64,000 nt of DNA from a virus. Each line of letters begins with the position of its first letter. Position 1 is the first letter of the stretch. A program made the position numbers and the translations under genes. This document shows positions 54,300 through 63,993 of the stretch, piece after piece. The notes under the pieces were generated by a model. That model was not told the origin of the DNA, made no database searches, and saw only the letters and a list, made by a program, of their open reading frames with translations. Location: positions 64,001 to 128,000 of the IMG/VR virus record IMGVR_UViG_3300009314_000003. One strand, given 5' to 3'.

Positions 54300-55096
54300 T
54301 GCCTTTCACTAGACACAGTAAAAGACCTAATAACACGAATGGAGAAGTGTCCTCCTATCACTCCCAACTGTTTCGACGCGGAATTGGAGGCCACTCTGCA
54401 GGACAAATAAATCAAGCCGGAAAGAATTACTATAACCCACAGGACAATAGTCTGGTTGGGTGTTGGTTGTTTGACGGCGGTGTTGGTACAATAGTAAATG
54501 ATGAAAGTCTGTACAATAGTACTGCATACCCAGGGACAATAGGGAATTGGGTTAATGATGGTATGCAGTTTGATGCTAGTCAAGAGCAATACCTATCCGT
54601 TCTCCCAGACAGCCACCTGGATCAGGACAGCTCCCTATCAATACTCAGCTGGATAAAGCTGGATACAATTACAACATCTATGTGCGTTCTATGTAAGAGT
54701 TCACAAAACAACACCTCCGTGGACTATTACCTGGAGGTAACAACAACTGGCAAGTTAATTATGGGTTGTTATGATGGTGTATGGCATCCAACGGAGGGAG
54801 CAACTTCACTCACAACGGACCGGTGGTACTTAGTTGGTGGTACCTTCGATGGTTCTATTTTTAGGATTTACCTTGATGGGGTTATGGATAATAATACCAC
54901 AGAAAGTGTTTCTAAACTACCAATGGGCGGAACGTTGGAGTTTGGCCGGTTTAATAATGGTATACCGGGCAACTATTTTAATGGTACAATACACAGTATC
55001 TTCATCTGTGCACGTAATCTTTCAGCTCAAGAAATCGAGAATATATATGACGCAGGGCCTTACTACTCTACAGAGACTCTCTCCTATGAGTTATAA
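54299..55096 (+). CDS. LamG / concanavalin A-like lectin domain protein (likely start ATG 54299)
   Basis: LVGCWLFDGG, SILSWIK, RWYLVGGTFDG...IYLDG, YFNGTI...RNLSAQEI. TAATG overlap supports the start. Confidence 0.85.
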   Translation: MPFTRHSKRPNNTNGEVSSYHSQLFRRGIGGHSAGQINQAGKNYYNPQDNSLVGCWLFDGGVGTIVNDESLYNSTAYPGTIGNWVNDGMQFDASQEQYLSVLPDSHLDQDSSLSILSWIKLDTITTSMCVLCKSSQNNTSVDYYLEVTTTGKLIMGCYDGVWHPTEGATSLTTDRWYLVGGTFDGSIFRIYLDGVMDNNTTESVSKLPMGGTLEFGRFNNGIPGNYFNGTIHSIFICARNLSAQEIENIYDAGPYYSTETLSYEL

Positions 55097-55134
55097 CACA
55101 GAAGACAGGAAAACTAGGAGATAGAAAGTACATA

Positions 55135-56805
55135 ATGCCATATTCAAAGGCAAAAGGAAGTATCATAGTCAAACCCTCCTTCATCAGAGATGCGCCGCGT
55201 ATTAAGGTTGGGGCATCACCCATTATCACACTACAAGATACTGAAACAGGAGATCAATGCATGTTAGGTTATAATCCCCCCTGCATAGTCCCCGGCTGCA
55301 TTGGATTATGGGATTTTAGTGATGCCAGCAGTGCGGGTTTGTATGATAAGAGCAGAGCAGGTAATAATCTCTTGCTCTATAACACATGGACCCCAGAACA
55401 ATATAAGGACTCAATATTTGGTGCTTCTTACACCTTTAATAGCAATAATTACACAGGCATAGTTGATAACTTCTCTGTAGGAGGTGCCTTTACTATCGAG
55501 GTCCTTCTAAGAATTATAACCGATGGCTCAGATAAGTGGATCATTGATTTTGATCAGGGTGGACAGTATGGCTGCTATCTAATGCAGGTCGGAGGTAATG
55601 ATTTTCGATTTAGTGCCTACGGAACGGAAATTAGTTCGGGTTTTATAGTTGGAGATCAAATAGATAAGTGGGTACACCTGGCTGGTACTTATGATGGTAC
55701 ATCACTGTATCTATATATCAACGGAAAGAAATGGAATAGTGGAACTGCATCTTCTCAAGACCTAGTAAATAAAACCCTAACAATAGCCGCAAGGAATGAT
55801 GGGTCTTCCCCAGCAGACTATGAAATAGCAGCAGTACGTATATGCCTTAGGGCTCTAAGACCCTACGAATTTATACATCATTGGTATTTTAACTCGATAG
55901 TTGGTGGGTATATAAGTTCAAATGGCGCAGTGTTATTCAATGATCAGATATCAACCTTCAGAAGCGGAAAGGTGTTTACCGTACAAGCTGATTGGAATAG
56001 CGAAAACAGTTTTAAATCAAGTAATATAATAGTTAACGGCATCAGAGGTATCCCTGATGAGGGTTTTGTACAAAGTCAAAAGGATTTCTCCAAACTTGTA
56101 GTTGGCGGAACACCATACAGTAACAGCAAGACAGTGGGTATGTGGGTTTTCGATGGTAGTCTTACTTCCGAGGGAAAAGTAGTTGATTGGTCCGCAAATA
56201 GTAACCCCGCCGACCTTATCGGATTAACTGAAGAGGACCTGGTAAATACTTACTACGGAAGGTATTATGAAACAGACACCTCCAAGTATGTAAGTATTCC
56301 TAACAATAATATGTCCCTTGACTTCCTATCAGGGGATGCAACAATAGACATACTGGTATCAATACCGGACACATCTCTGGATACTGTATTACTATCTAGA
56401 TTTGAGGATGAAAATAACTTTCTCATTCTCAAATACAATTCCACAGCCGAGGAATTAGAAGCATCCATCAAACTTGGCGGGGCCTATATACACCAAGCCA
56501 TCGCTGGTTGGTCTCCTATTCAGGAGAATTGGTATCACATTGCGTGGGCCATTGAAAATGGGTTAGCTAATCACTTATTCGTTGATGGGGTTGAAGCAGC
56601 ACTAACAACCGATATACACACCGGGGGAAATATATTAATCTCTGCTCCAATTGAGATAGCCAAGTATGATACTTCATTTAGCGGACTGAGAATGGCATTC
56701 CTTAGAGTCTCTTCCTGTGTCATGACCTCTGACGAAGCTTCTGTACATGGCCAGTGTTTGTTCAAGGGTGACATATCCGTGCAGGACTTACTACTACCGA
56801 GTTAA
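55135..56805 (+). CDS. Protein with two LamG-like domains (556 aa)
   Basis: FTIEV...KWVHLAGTYDGTSLYLYING; WYHIAW...LFVDG. Confidence 0.85.
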   Translation: MPYSKAKGSIIVKPSFIRDAPRIKVGASPIITLQDTETGDQCMLGYNPPCIVPGCIGLWDFSDASSAGLYDKSRAGNNLLLYNTWTPEQYKDSIFGASYTFNSNNYTGIVDNFSVGGAFTIEVLLRIITDGSDKWIIDFDQGGQYGCYLMQVGGNDFRFSAYGTEISSGFIVGDQIDKWVHLAGTYDGTSLYLYINGKKWNSGTASSQDLVNKTLTIAARNDGSSPADYEIAAVRICLRALRPYEFIHHWYFNSIVGGYISSNGAVLFNDQISTFRSGKVFTVQADWNSENSFKSSNIIVNGIRGIPDEGFVQSQKDFSKLVVGGTPYSNSKTVGMWVFDGSLTSEGKVVDWSANSNPADLIGLTEEDLVNTYYGRYYETDTSKYVSIPNNNMSLDFLSGDATIDILVSIPDTSLDTVLLSRFEDENNFLILKYNSTAEELEASIKLGGAYIHQAIAGWSPIQENWYHIAWAIENGLANHLFVDGVEAALTTDIHTGGNILISAPIEIAKYDTSFSGLRMAFLRVSSCVMTSDEASVHGQCLFKGDISVQDLLLPS

Positions 56806-56815
56806 ATATATCTAT

Positions 56816-57574
56816 ATGGGCAAAATACTCACACGTAACCAGATAGCAACAATTACCCGGGCTGAGAAACCACTTAGTATGTTGGGGACGGCGGACTACT
56901 TCGCTCCTACCCAACACCTTGGGTACCACCCGGAAGAGTTCTCGGTGGAGGCTGGTACTTTACTATGTATGAATTTCACACAGGAAAGTAGTGATGGGGG
57001 AACAACACTGTATGATCTATCAACAGGTAACCATCACGGGACAATAACTGGAGCTACATGGTCAACAAATTCTGTGTGGCGTGAGAGTTTAGAATTTAAT
57101 GGAGTTGATAACTACATTGATCTAGGTAGTTATGAAAATATGCAGAGTGCTGCGCTCAATATAACCCTCGAGGCCTGGGTAAAGATTAACCTAATCCAGA
57201 CGGGGGGAGTAATTACTTTTATAGATACCAGCTTGATACCAACCTTCTCGCTCTCCATCTTAGTTTCGGGGTCAACTACCTACCCAAGTTTTGAAATTAA
57301 TAATACGACTACATACAGCGACACCTACGATATAAACGATGGTAACTGGCATTATCTCGCTGCTACTTACAATGGTACCGCTATAGCACTCTATGATCAA
57401 GGGGAGAGGATTAGCTCAACCAATCTACACGGGGCCATAAATTACAATGGCGATGAAAATATGTATATAGGTAAGACAGGTACGGACATATTTGGTGGAA
57501 ACATCGCGGGGGTTCGCATAACCAGAAGATATAAGCCGACGCTCGCCTTACATAAGTACTACCATGGAGGATAA
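56816..57574 (+). CDS. LamG domain protein (likely start ATG 56816)
   Basis: SLEFNGVDNYI, ITLEAWVK, DGNWHYLAATYNG, FGGNIAGVRI. Confidence 0.87.
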   Translation: MGKILTRNQIATITRAEKPLSMLGTADYFAPTQHLGYHPEEFSVEAGTLLCMNFTQESSDGGTTLYDLSTGNHHGTITGATWSTNSVWRESLEFNGVDNYIDLGSYENMQSAALNITLEAWVKINLIQTGGVITFIDTSLIPTFSLSILVSGSTTYPSFEINNTTTYSDTYDINDGNWHYLAATYNGTAIALYDQGERISSTNLHGAINYNGDENMYIGKTGTDIFGGNIAGVRITRRYKPTLALHKYYHGG

Positions 57575-58896
57575 TGGCCATGCCTGAACAATGTATGTGT
57601 TACATACCCTTTGATAACAGTAATGCTGGCGGGCGGGTAGTATCAGAATGGTATAACCAGAATCTACCCATAGAAGGAAAACCACCCCTACTGAGAGGTA
57701 AGCCCTGGGCCCATTCAGGTAGACATGGAATGATGCTGGCGGAGGCTACCACTAACCTGAAGAGCCTTGGTGATTTCTCAGATGGTTCCCTTGGCAGCTT
57801 AACGGCCGGGGGAAATAATTCATTGGAAATAGCCACAGAGTTAGCTCTCTTTGGAAATTACTCCGCCAAGGTAGAGTACCAAAACTCCAACGAATTATGC
57901 ACCGATAGTCTAACCCTATCAGGCAATATTACTTACCACGTTAGTTGCTATATTTGGGTTCCCCCCACCTGGGACTCCAATGATACAATTCGCATTGAGC
58001 CAGATACATCCGCATTTAATGGATATTACTCGGTCAAGAGTAATTGGGCCGGAAACGCTCCAGAGATGTATGGAACCTGGCACAGACTTGTAACAGAGGT
58101 AACAACTCAAGATTTAGTCGGTAGCCCTGTAGCTGCCTACTTCAAACTTCAAACATATTCAGGGCCTACGCCGGGTAGGTTTCTTTATTTAGATGGAATA
58201 CAACTTGAAGAGAAAGCATATGCCACACCCTTTGATGTTACTAACAAGGATGGAATCACACCTAGAAAGACGCAACATCTTCGTATTCCAACTGCTGGAA
58301 ACTTTCCCGGGCCTGGAGGAGGTTCAATATCAATCAACCTCCGGCCCTGTTGGAATAATAATACAACCGGTAAAGACAGAGTTCTATTTTCCATGGAGGA
58401 TTCCCTTACGGATAGCTGGCTTATATTTTACGATAACATGAACGAACAATTTGTCTTTAGGATGCAGAGTGGAGACAACTTTACAGATATAAGAAGCCCA
58501 ACGCAAACCATTTCCACGGGGGAACTTGTTACACTCATTACCACGTGGAATGGTACGGAGGGACAATTGTATGTCAATGGACTAGAAGCTAAAACTGATA
58601 GTAGAATACAATGCAGCATAAGAACACCGAGTACCATAGTACTTGGAGATCGTCAGGCAGAACTTGGTAGTTGGACGGCTAATGCCTCCTTCAATGAGGT
58701 GGGTATATTTAACTTCCCCCTCACGCATAGACAGGTGTTAGACATCAACCATATAGCAGAGGCCGGTTACTTGCTTAGCAACCATGGCAATATCGCGAGG
58801 GACCCCAAGTACCACCCTACAATCACTGATCCGGAGAGTGGAATGATTTTCATAGGCACGGACTACAACATTAATGGTACTAATGTGGCCTACTAG
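57574..58896 (+). CDS. Carbohydrate-binding / LamG domain tail protein (440 aa)
   Basis: EATTNL...YLDGIQLEEKAYATPF (phage fibre CBM-like) and ITTWNG...LYVNG...FNEVGIFNFPLT (LamG-like). Confidence 0.8.
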   Translation: MAMPEQCMCYIPFDNSNAGGRVVSEWYNQNLPIEGKPPLLRGKPWAHSGRHGMMLAEATTNLKSLGDFSDGSLGSLTAGGNNSLEIATELALFGNYSAKVEYQNSNELCTDSLTLSGNITYHVSCYIWVPPTWDSNDTIRIEPDTSAFNGYYSVKSNWAGNAPEMYGTWHRLVTEVTTQDLVGSPVAAYFKLQTYSGPTPGRFLYLDGIQLEEKAYATPFDVTNKDGITPRKTQHLRIPTAGNFPGPGGGSISINLRPCWNNNTTGKDRVLFSMEDSLTDSWLIFYDNMNEQFVFRMQSGDNFTDIRSPTQTISTGELVTLITTWNGTEGQLYVNGLEAKTDSRIQCSIRTPSTIVLGDRQAELGSWTANASFNEVGIFNFPLTHRQVLDINHIAEAGYLLSNHGNIARDPKYHPTITDPESGMIFIGTDYNINGTNVAY

Positions 58897-59025
58897 CGGC
58901 AGTGCAGGGCCATACACGTTTCTCGGTATATACCATTGACATATCTATAGTAGAGAAACAATTTTAACACAACTTCCTCGAGGAGATTGTTGTTAAACTC
59001 ATACAAAATAGGATAACTAATAATA

Positions 59026-59694
59026 ATGCCAGATGTAAACACAGTAACTATTTACGGCGGGGCGCTGGCGGGCACCGTGATCGGCGAGGCAACATATAAT
59101 GCTGCAGCACAAACCTGGACCTATAGTGCCTCGGGTCTCAGTGGTTTTAACATGCTTAAGGCAGTATCCGAGGATTTAGCCGGTAACATAGCCGCTAGTA
59201 GTGTAATCAAAGCATATTTCGGGGCTACACAGATACCAAGTGCGGATCTAATTGATGATAGTGGAGCAAGTGATACTGATAACATCACTAATGACAATAG
59301 CCCCCGGATCAACTTTGCTCTTGATCTATCCTCCTGTGTAACTGCTATGGGTGTAAATATGTCTGCTTCCTCTATAACAACAGTATACCTGGAACGAAAA
59401 CCTAATAGCGATGCCGATTGGGCTGACGCAGTAGAAATGTCTACCGACGCACCAACTATAACTGTGGCAACCGGAGCTGTTTCACACGACTTCACCCAGG
59501 CAACTCTTGCTGATGATGATTATGACGTTCGGCTCCGATGGAAAGATGCATTGGGTACTTACTCAAGTTATAGTGACATACTTACCTTCAGAGTAGATAC
59601 CTCAGTCCCCGCACCAACTATAACCACACCGGGATGGGGTGATGGGGTGATATATATTGGTAGTACCATCAATATGGCAGGTACCGCTACTTAA
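59026..59694 (+). CDS. Bacterial Ig-like (Big) domain protein
   Basis: AVSEDLAGN, DDSGASDTDNITNDNSP, LADDDYDV...DALG, VDTSVPAPTIT. Confidence 0.75.
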   Translation: MPDVNTVTIYGGALAGTVIGEATYNAAAQTWTYSASGLSGFNMLKAVSEDLAGNIAASSVIKAYFGATQIPSADLIDDSGASDTDNITNDNSPRINFALDLSSCVTAMGVNMSASSITTVYLERKPNSDADWADAVEMSTDAPTITVATGAVSHDFTQATLADDDYDVRLRWKDALGTYSSYSDILTFRVDTSVPAPTITTPGWGDGVIYIGSTINMAGTAT

Positions 59695-59730
59695 ATAGTA
59701 ATAACACACACACATGCATAGGTAGTATAT

Positions 59731-59756
59731 GAGGGTCCGGATAACCCTGGGCCCTC
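59731..59756 (+). terminator. GC-rich hairpin, possible terminator
   Basis: gagggtccgg-ataacc-ctgggccctc, 10-bp stem with two G-U pairs; no clear U tract. Confidence 0.4.
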
Positions 59757-59805
59757 TCTACCTTGATTTAAATAACATAATAACAATGGAGGAGAGACAC
59801 CAATT

Positions 59806-60162
59806 ATGAAACTTAGTGAACTAATTAATTCAGCAGACGCCCTTGGACGTCTCATGGAACAACCCATAAAAGCCAAGGGTTCCTTTAGACTTGCCAAGGC
59901 AGTAAAACAGGTACAGCCGCTAGTTGCGTCGTATGAAGAGACACGATACAGGCTTATAAAGAAGTATGGAGAAAAGGGCGAAGAGGGTGAATACTCCGTA
60001 GAGCCCGGCTCTAAGAACTGGGACAAGTTTGTGACTGAGCTAGATAAGCTCTTGAATGAGGATGTAGAGGTCAAGCTCAACAAAGTTACATTATCGAGTA
60101 TAGTTCAGGCTGAATTAACCGCGGCTGACGCAATGCAATTAAGGTGGTTGGTAAAGGAATAA
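59806..60162 (+). CDS. Phage protein, DUF1617-like (118 aa)
   Basis: GGAGGAG upstream; L..L....P.K.SFRLAK...YEE.R..LI.KYGEK pattern common beside tail fibre genes. Confidence 0.6.
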   Translation: MKLSELINSADALGRLMEQPIKAKGSFRLAKAVKQVQPLVASYEETRYRLIKKYGEKGEEGEYSVEPGSKNWDKFVTELDKLLNEDVEVKLNKVTLSSIVQAELTAADAMQLRWLVKE

Positions 60163-60165
60163 GTT

Positions 60166-60471
60166 ATGCCAATGGATACCACAGAGGTTAAGCTATATAA
60201 TCAGATTGGAGGATCGCCCGACCCAAATACTGATACCTACCTGGGTAATGATGTTACCTTTGATCAGTCCGGCGGATGGGAAATAAATGTGACCTCTCTT
60301 GGAGAGGGGCGATATACAATATATGCTGAGTCACAAGATATGGCAGGGAATAAAGCTTTATCCGATGCTTGTGCTATTAACAAAGTACCTGATCCTATGA
60401 AAGTTTCCGGACTTGTGTCGTGGACAGTAGGTGAGTTTGACGGGGTTCAGATTGGAAGCTTTTTCTCTTAA
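60166..60471 (+). CDS. Small Ig-like domain protein (101 aa)
   Basis: GGWEI...LGEGRYTIYAESQDMAGN Big-type motif. Confidence 0.65.
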   Translation: MPMDTTEVKLYNQIGGSPDPNTDTYLGNDVTFDQSGGWEINVTSLGEGRYTIYAESQDMAGNKALSDACAINKVPDPMKVSGLVSWTVGEFDGVQIGSFFS

Positions 60472-60509
60472 CAGCTAGAACAACATAAAAAGGAGAATAT
60501 ATATAACTG

Positions 60510-61163
60510 ATGGCTATTACATCTATAAACCTTGGAACCGCGGGGACACAATCGGGTGACACTATTCGCGCCGCTTTTGGTATATGTAATTCTAACTTCT
60601 CAGATTTAGACACTGGGAAGATGTCAACATCTCACGCTGCTAACTCCATCACAGGTTTTGGCACAAGTGGAGCTGCTACAACTGTAGCAAGGTCTGACCA
60701 CGCTCATAGTGGTTCAGATATATCATCTGGGACAATATCTGCAGACAGATTGAATGATGAGGCAAAGGGCTGGCATGGTTATGCTAAGATTATGATTAAG
60801 CCTGCAGACTTCATTCCTAATGATGACGACGTTAATGCCAATGTCGCCATGGTAGATAACGGTGCAAAGATAAAAGTGACTAATGCCGCGCTTGAAGCTT
60901 ATGCACAGTATACTATTCCAAAGGGCTACAAAGCAACAGAGATTATGTTGTACGGAAACACTGCTAACGCAGTAGATGTGGCAACCAGCGGCATAGACAG
61001 CTCAACCATAACACTTGTTTCGCCCGCCGAGTCAGTAGTAGGTACAGCTATCAATATTACAGATGTCACTGGTACTGATGCAGGATATTTGATTGTTAAG
61101 TGGTCACCAACAGCAACAACCCACTATCTCTATGGTGGTTATATACAGTTGGTAGCCGTGTAG
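60510..61163 (+). CDS. Fibre-type protein with T4 gp9/gp10-like N-terminal attachment motif
   Basis: INLGT.GT.SGDTIRAAFGICNSNFSDL; ARSDHAH fibre motif; AGGAG upstream. Confidence 0.6.
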   Translation: MAITSINLGTAGTQSGDTIRAAFGICNSNFSDLDTGKMSTSHAANSITGFGTSGAATTVARSDHAHSGSDISSGTISADRLNDEAKGWHGYAKIMIKPADFIPNDDDVNANVAMVDNGAKIKVTNAALEAYAQYTIPKGYKATEIMLYGNTANAVDVATSGIDSSTITLVSPAESVVGTAINITDVTGTDAGYLIVKWSPTATTHYLYGGYIQLVAV

Positions 61164-61299
61164 TTATTACATAACAATTCCTACCCATTACCCTTTCTCT
61201 CCTCACTTATAACCTACTCCAAACCTAGCTGATTAGCTAAGCCTACTTCTTATATGACATAACTAAAATAAGACAGGAAAAGGAGAATACTATATACAT

Positions 61300-61599
61300 A
61301 TGACTATACTAGATGATAAGGGTTTACCGGCCCAACAAGGAAATATCTGTGATATTAATAATAAGAAATCATTAATTGTTATCTCTGAAGTATCATTAGA
61401 GAAAGGGAAAAAAGCTTTGGCCCTGGATGTTATGGAAAAGGAACTTACTCCTATAGACATACTGCAAATTATAAAGATCGTTGCAGATCAAGTAGGCCCG
61501 GCGGCTATGAAACAGATGCAGGAACAGGGTTCAGCTATACAAACTGTACCTGCAAGTACCCTGGAGGATGTTAAGAGGCGGGTCAAATTAGATAGATGA
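61300..61599 (+). CDS. Hypothetical protein (99 aa)
   Basis: AGGAG upstream; ATGA overlap with the next gene. Confidence 0.6.
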   Translation: MTILDDKGLPAQQGNICDINNKKSLIVISEVSLEKGKKALALDVMEKELTPIDILQIIKIVADQVGPAAMKQMQEQGSAIQTVPASTLEDVKRRVKLDR

Positions 61600-62201
61600 C
61601 AGAGAAGCTCCTCAAATCTATCCACATTTTTTTCACCGTGGCCCTGGTATTTGTGGTACTTTACTACTATTCCCGCGGGCCTGTCAAGGAGATACTTATT
61701 GAGAGGGAAGTAGAAACAATAATTGATACCGTTACCATCACAGAGATTGAAGAGCGTTGGCAGGAAATTGTAACCATGGTTCACGACACGGTAATTACTA
61801 CCCAACCGGATACTATTCTAGTAACCCAGGAAGTCCCGCTTTGGTCCATTAAACAATTAATATATCGCCTTTACTATTCCCCACCTAAGTTAGAGTATTC
61901 CATTATTCAGAGGTATGATAGTACTCAACAACTAATTCACTACCAGTATTCAGATGTCCCATGGGGCTTCGCTTTGTCCCCCCAAGAAACAGGCCCACCA
62001 CAACTAACAAGCTTTAATCTCCCAGAACCACCGGCCCTGGCCTATGGCCCCCGTTGGGGCCTGGGAATATCTCTGACTCAGGAAGGTATTTCACCGGCAG
62101 GCTTTGCCGAGTACTATCTCCGCTGGAAGAGATGGACCCTTACAGGCCGTAGTAATATTACTCTTCAAGGTGTAACAGCAGATATCTACCTAAGTTGGTA
62201 G
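61596..62201 (+). CDS. Membrane-anchored protein, possible spanin-like lysis protein (201 aa)
   Basis: N-terminal TM (IFFTVALVFVVLYYY), DT-rich extended linker, amphipathic C-terminal strands ending in Trp. Confidence 0.5.
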   Translation: MTEKLLKSIHIFFTVALVFVVLYYYSRGPVKEILIEREVETIIDTVTITEIEERWQEIVTMVHDTVITTQPDTILVTQEVPLWSIKQLIYRLYYSPPKLEYSIIQRYDSTQQLIHYQYSDVPWGFALSPQETGPPQLTSFNLPEPPALAYGPRWGLGISLTQEGISPAGFAEYYLRWKRWTLTGRSNITLQGVTADIYLSW

Positions 62202-62320
62202 GTATGCACATAGCAAACAAACTCTCTCTCTCTGCCGTTATTACTGTTCTTATGTCTCTTCTCATTAACTTGCACGCAAGACGTAGGAATACCCGATGAT
62301 CCGTCTTGCAGTCAAACAGT

Positions 62321-62348
62321 TTGACACTCCGCATACACTCTATAGACT
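62321..62348 (+). promoter_or_regulatory. Possible sigma70-type promoter for the nuclease gene
   Basis: TTGACA, 16-nt spacer, TAGACT, about 80 nt upstream of 62430. Confidence 0.35.
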
Positions 62349-62429
62349 GGAACACATAATCGAGTCAAATAAAGATTTTGAGTGTTGGGGCATATAAAAC
62401 AACAGTACCATCCTAATTCAAAGTAGTTT

Positions 62430-62993
62430 ATGAACAAGCTATGGTCTAGTCCGCGTACAAACAAGACTAATAGTACTACTATTAAATATGCCGGGGGAAA
62501 GAAGAGTAGGGATAAGTTCAGGAAGGCCAGGAAACGTAGAAAGCCGAAAGGATCAAAGTTACAAACTAAGCTTGCACATCTAGCTAAAGCTATATTAAAA
62601 GGACACCCTAAATACCACCAGGAAGCTACTTGGCCCTGGTTATTGTCACCTAAACAAGCACCGATGTTTGTTGATATATATTTCCCATCACTTAAACTCT
62701 GCATCGAGCTGAATGGCCCACAGCATTATAATTGGCCTAACAGATTTCACCGAACTAAGAAAGCCTTTGAGGAACAACTAAAGAGGGATAAACTTAAGAA
62801 AAAGCTCTTGAAGGAGCATGGCTACACAGTAATAGTCTGGCCCCATACAACATTTCTGTCGAAGAGAGCTGTCTATCTACAGTTGAAGGAGTTGGGGTAT
62901 GAAGTGGAGATACCGCCGCGAGCTAAGCCTGGGACCAGGAAGAAGAAGAAGAGAAAGGGATCAAGGAAGCACAAGCTTCTCCGTATGTCCTAA
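62430..62993 (+). CDS. Vsr/DUF559-like endonuclease with basic tails
   Basis: QE...FVDIYFPSLKLCIELNGPQHY...RDKLKKKLLKEHGYTVIVW. Confidence 0.8.
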   Translation: MNKLWSSPRTNKTNSTTIKYAGGKKSRDKFRKARKRRKPKGSKLQTKLAHLAKAILKGHPKYHQEATWPWLLSPKQAPMFVDIYFPSLKLCIELNGPQHYNWPNRFHRTKKAFEEQLKRDKLKKKLLKEHGYTVIVWPHTTFLSKRAVYLQLKELGYEVEIPPRAKPGTRKKKKRKGSRKHKLLRMS

Positions 62994-63218
62994 CCTCCCC
63001 AGGAAGTTCTTTTAACTGCTGACCGGCTTCTTTCTGTAACCCACCAAAGGTATACCGAGTTCAATCTCTTCCTGGAGTACCGTGAACTACCCACCCGCGC
63101 AACAGGCAACACCGCAGGGACTGGAGATGGTAGTCAATGGCCTCTGGATAGTTCCCCTGCTTAAAATGGAGGTAGGCTAAGTTCTGGAGGGCTGGGACAT
63201 CTGATTGATATTCAGAAG

Positions 63219-63296
63219 TGGTAGCGGGAACCGGATTCGAACCTGCGGCCCCCTGCTCCCAAAGCAGGTGCGCTGCCCGGGCTGCGCCACTATCCG
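63219..63296 (-). tRNA. tRNA-Pro(TGG)-derived chimeric pseudo-tRNA
   Basis: Minus strand reads CGGATAG TG GCGC AGCCCGGGCA GCGC A CCTGC TTTGGGA GCAGG GGGCC GCAGG TTCGAAT CCGGT TCCCGCT A CCA. D and anticodon arms pair perfectly; the acceptor stem does not pair. Confidence 0.8.
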
Positions 63297-63314
63297 ATAT
63301 TGCTATGTAGGTAA

Positions 63315-63349
63315 GCTGGGTATGAAGCTTTTTACACTACATACCCAGC
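63315..63349. repeat. 10-bp perfect inverted repeat (hairpin) between the holin-like gene and the tRNA
   Basis: gctgggtatg...catacccagc with a 15-nt loop. Confidence 0.6.
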
Positions 63350-63397
63350 ACAACTCTACCTGCCCGGCAGACTAGAGCGGTTAAAAGCTCTGCCGAT

Positions 63398-63598
63398 TTA
63401 CTTCTTCTTTGGTTCTTCTGGATTAAGAGCTAGGTACTTGCTTATAAAAGCAACCATGTTAGCCAGCCAAATATCATCCTTAGTTGAAGGAGTTATTTTG
63501 ACTACTATACTGGCAACTGCAACGATATAGATATATATCTCTGCAATATTTGCCCAATTAACCTTAAACCAGGAAAGCAAATCAAATATGAAACTCAT
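63398..63598 (-). CDS. Holin-like small membrane protein (66 aa)
   Basis: NW...IYIYIVAVASIVVKITPSTKDD...LALN with basic C-terminus; AGGAG upstream on the minus strand. Confidence 0.6.
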   Translation of the reverse strand: MSFIFDLLSWFKVNWANIAEIYIYIVAVASIVVKITPSTKDDIWLANMVAFISKYLALNPEEPKKK

Positions 63599-63687
63599 GA
63601 GATTAGTCCTCCTATATTAGTTTCGTGGAAACCCTTTAATGTTGGGGCCGTCTTTTCCCTCATTCTTTATCAGGGGCATCTGTTTAG

Positions 63688-63993
63688 TTATGTCATGTTA
63701 GTTTTCATTCCTATGTTGTTCTCGGCCTCTAGTAACCGGCGGGCCTTCTTGGTAGTTCTGCTTTTCCTTTTCTCCTTTTTATCATTCCCTGGTACATAGA
63801 TAACTTCACAGTCTGCACATACCTCCTCATTGGGAATAGGCGTATACAATTCATTGTGTGAAGAGGAATAAGCTCCGGGATTCTCTATAGCGGTCTCAAC
63901 CATATCAATAAACCTATCAAACAAAGAATTAATATAGTTAGCGTACCTTGTGTACTCCCTTAAAACCTTTGTTATTATAGTAGGTTCAAGCAT
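63688..63993 (-). CDS. Hypothetical protein (101 aa)
   Basis: ORF on the same strand as the adjacent holin-like gene; no recognisable motif. Confidence 0.5.
   Translation of the reverse strand: MLEPTIITKVLREYTRYANYINSLFDRFIDMVETAIENPGAYSSSHNELYTPIPNEEVCADCEVIYVPGNDKKEKRKSRTTKKARRLLEAENNIGMKTNMT

Noticed and set aside
58936-59000. TTGACA plus an imperfect palindrome upstream of the Ig-like gene
   Set aside because: No convincing -10 element at proper spacing; function of the palindrome cannot be supported.
1-62993. Alternative genetic code (stop codon reassignment)
   Set aside because: Standard-code ORFs already tile the region densely, and TAA, TAG and TGA all occur at sensible gene ends.
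63000-63210. Additional tRNA remnants (several TGGAG starts that read as CCA ends on the minus strand)
   Set aside because: No T-loop or cloverleaf could be built.
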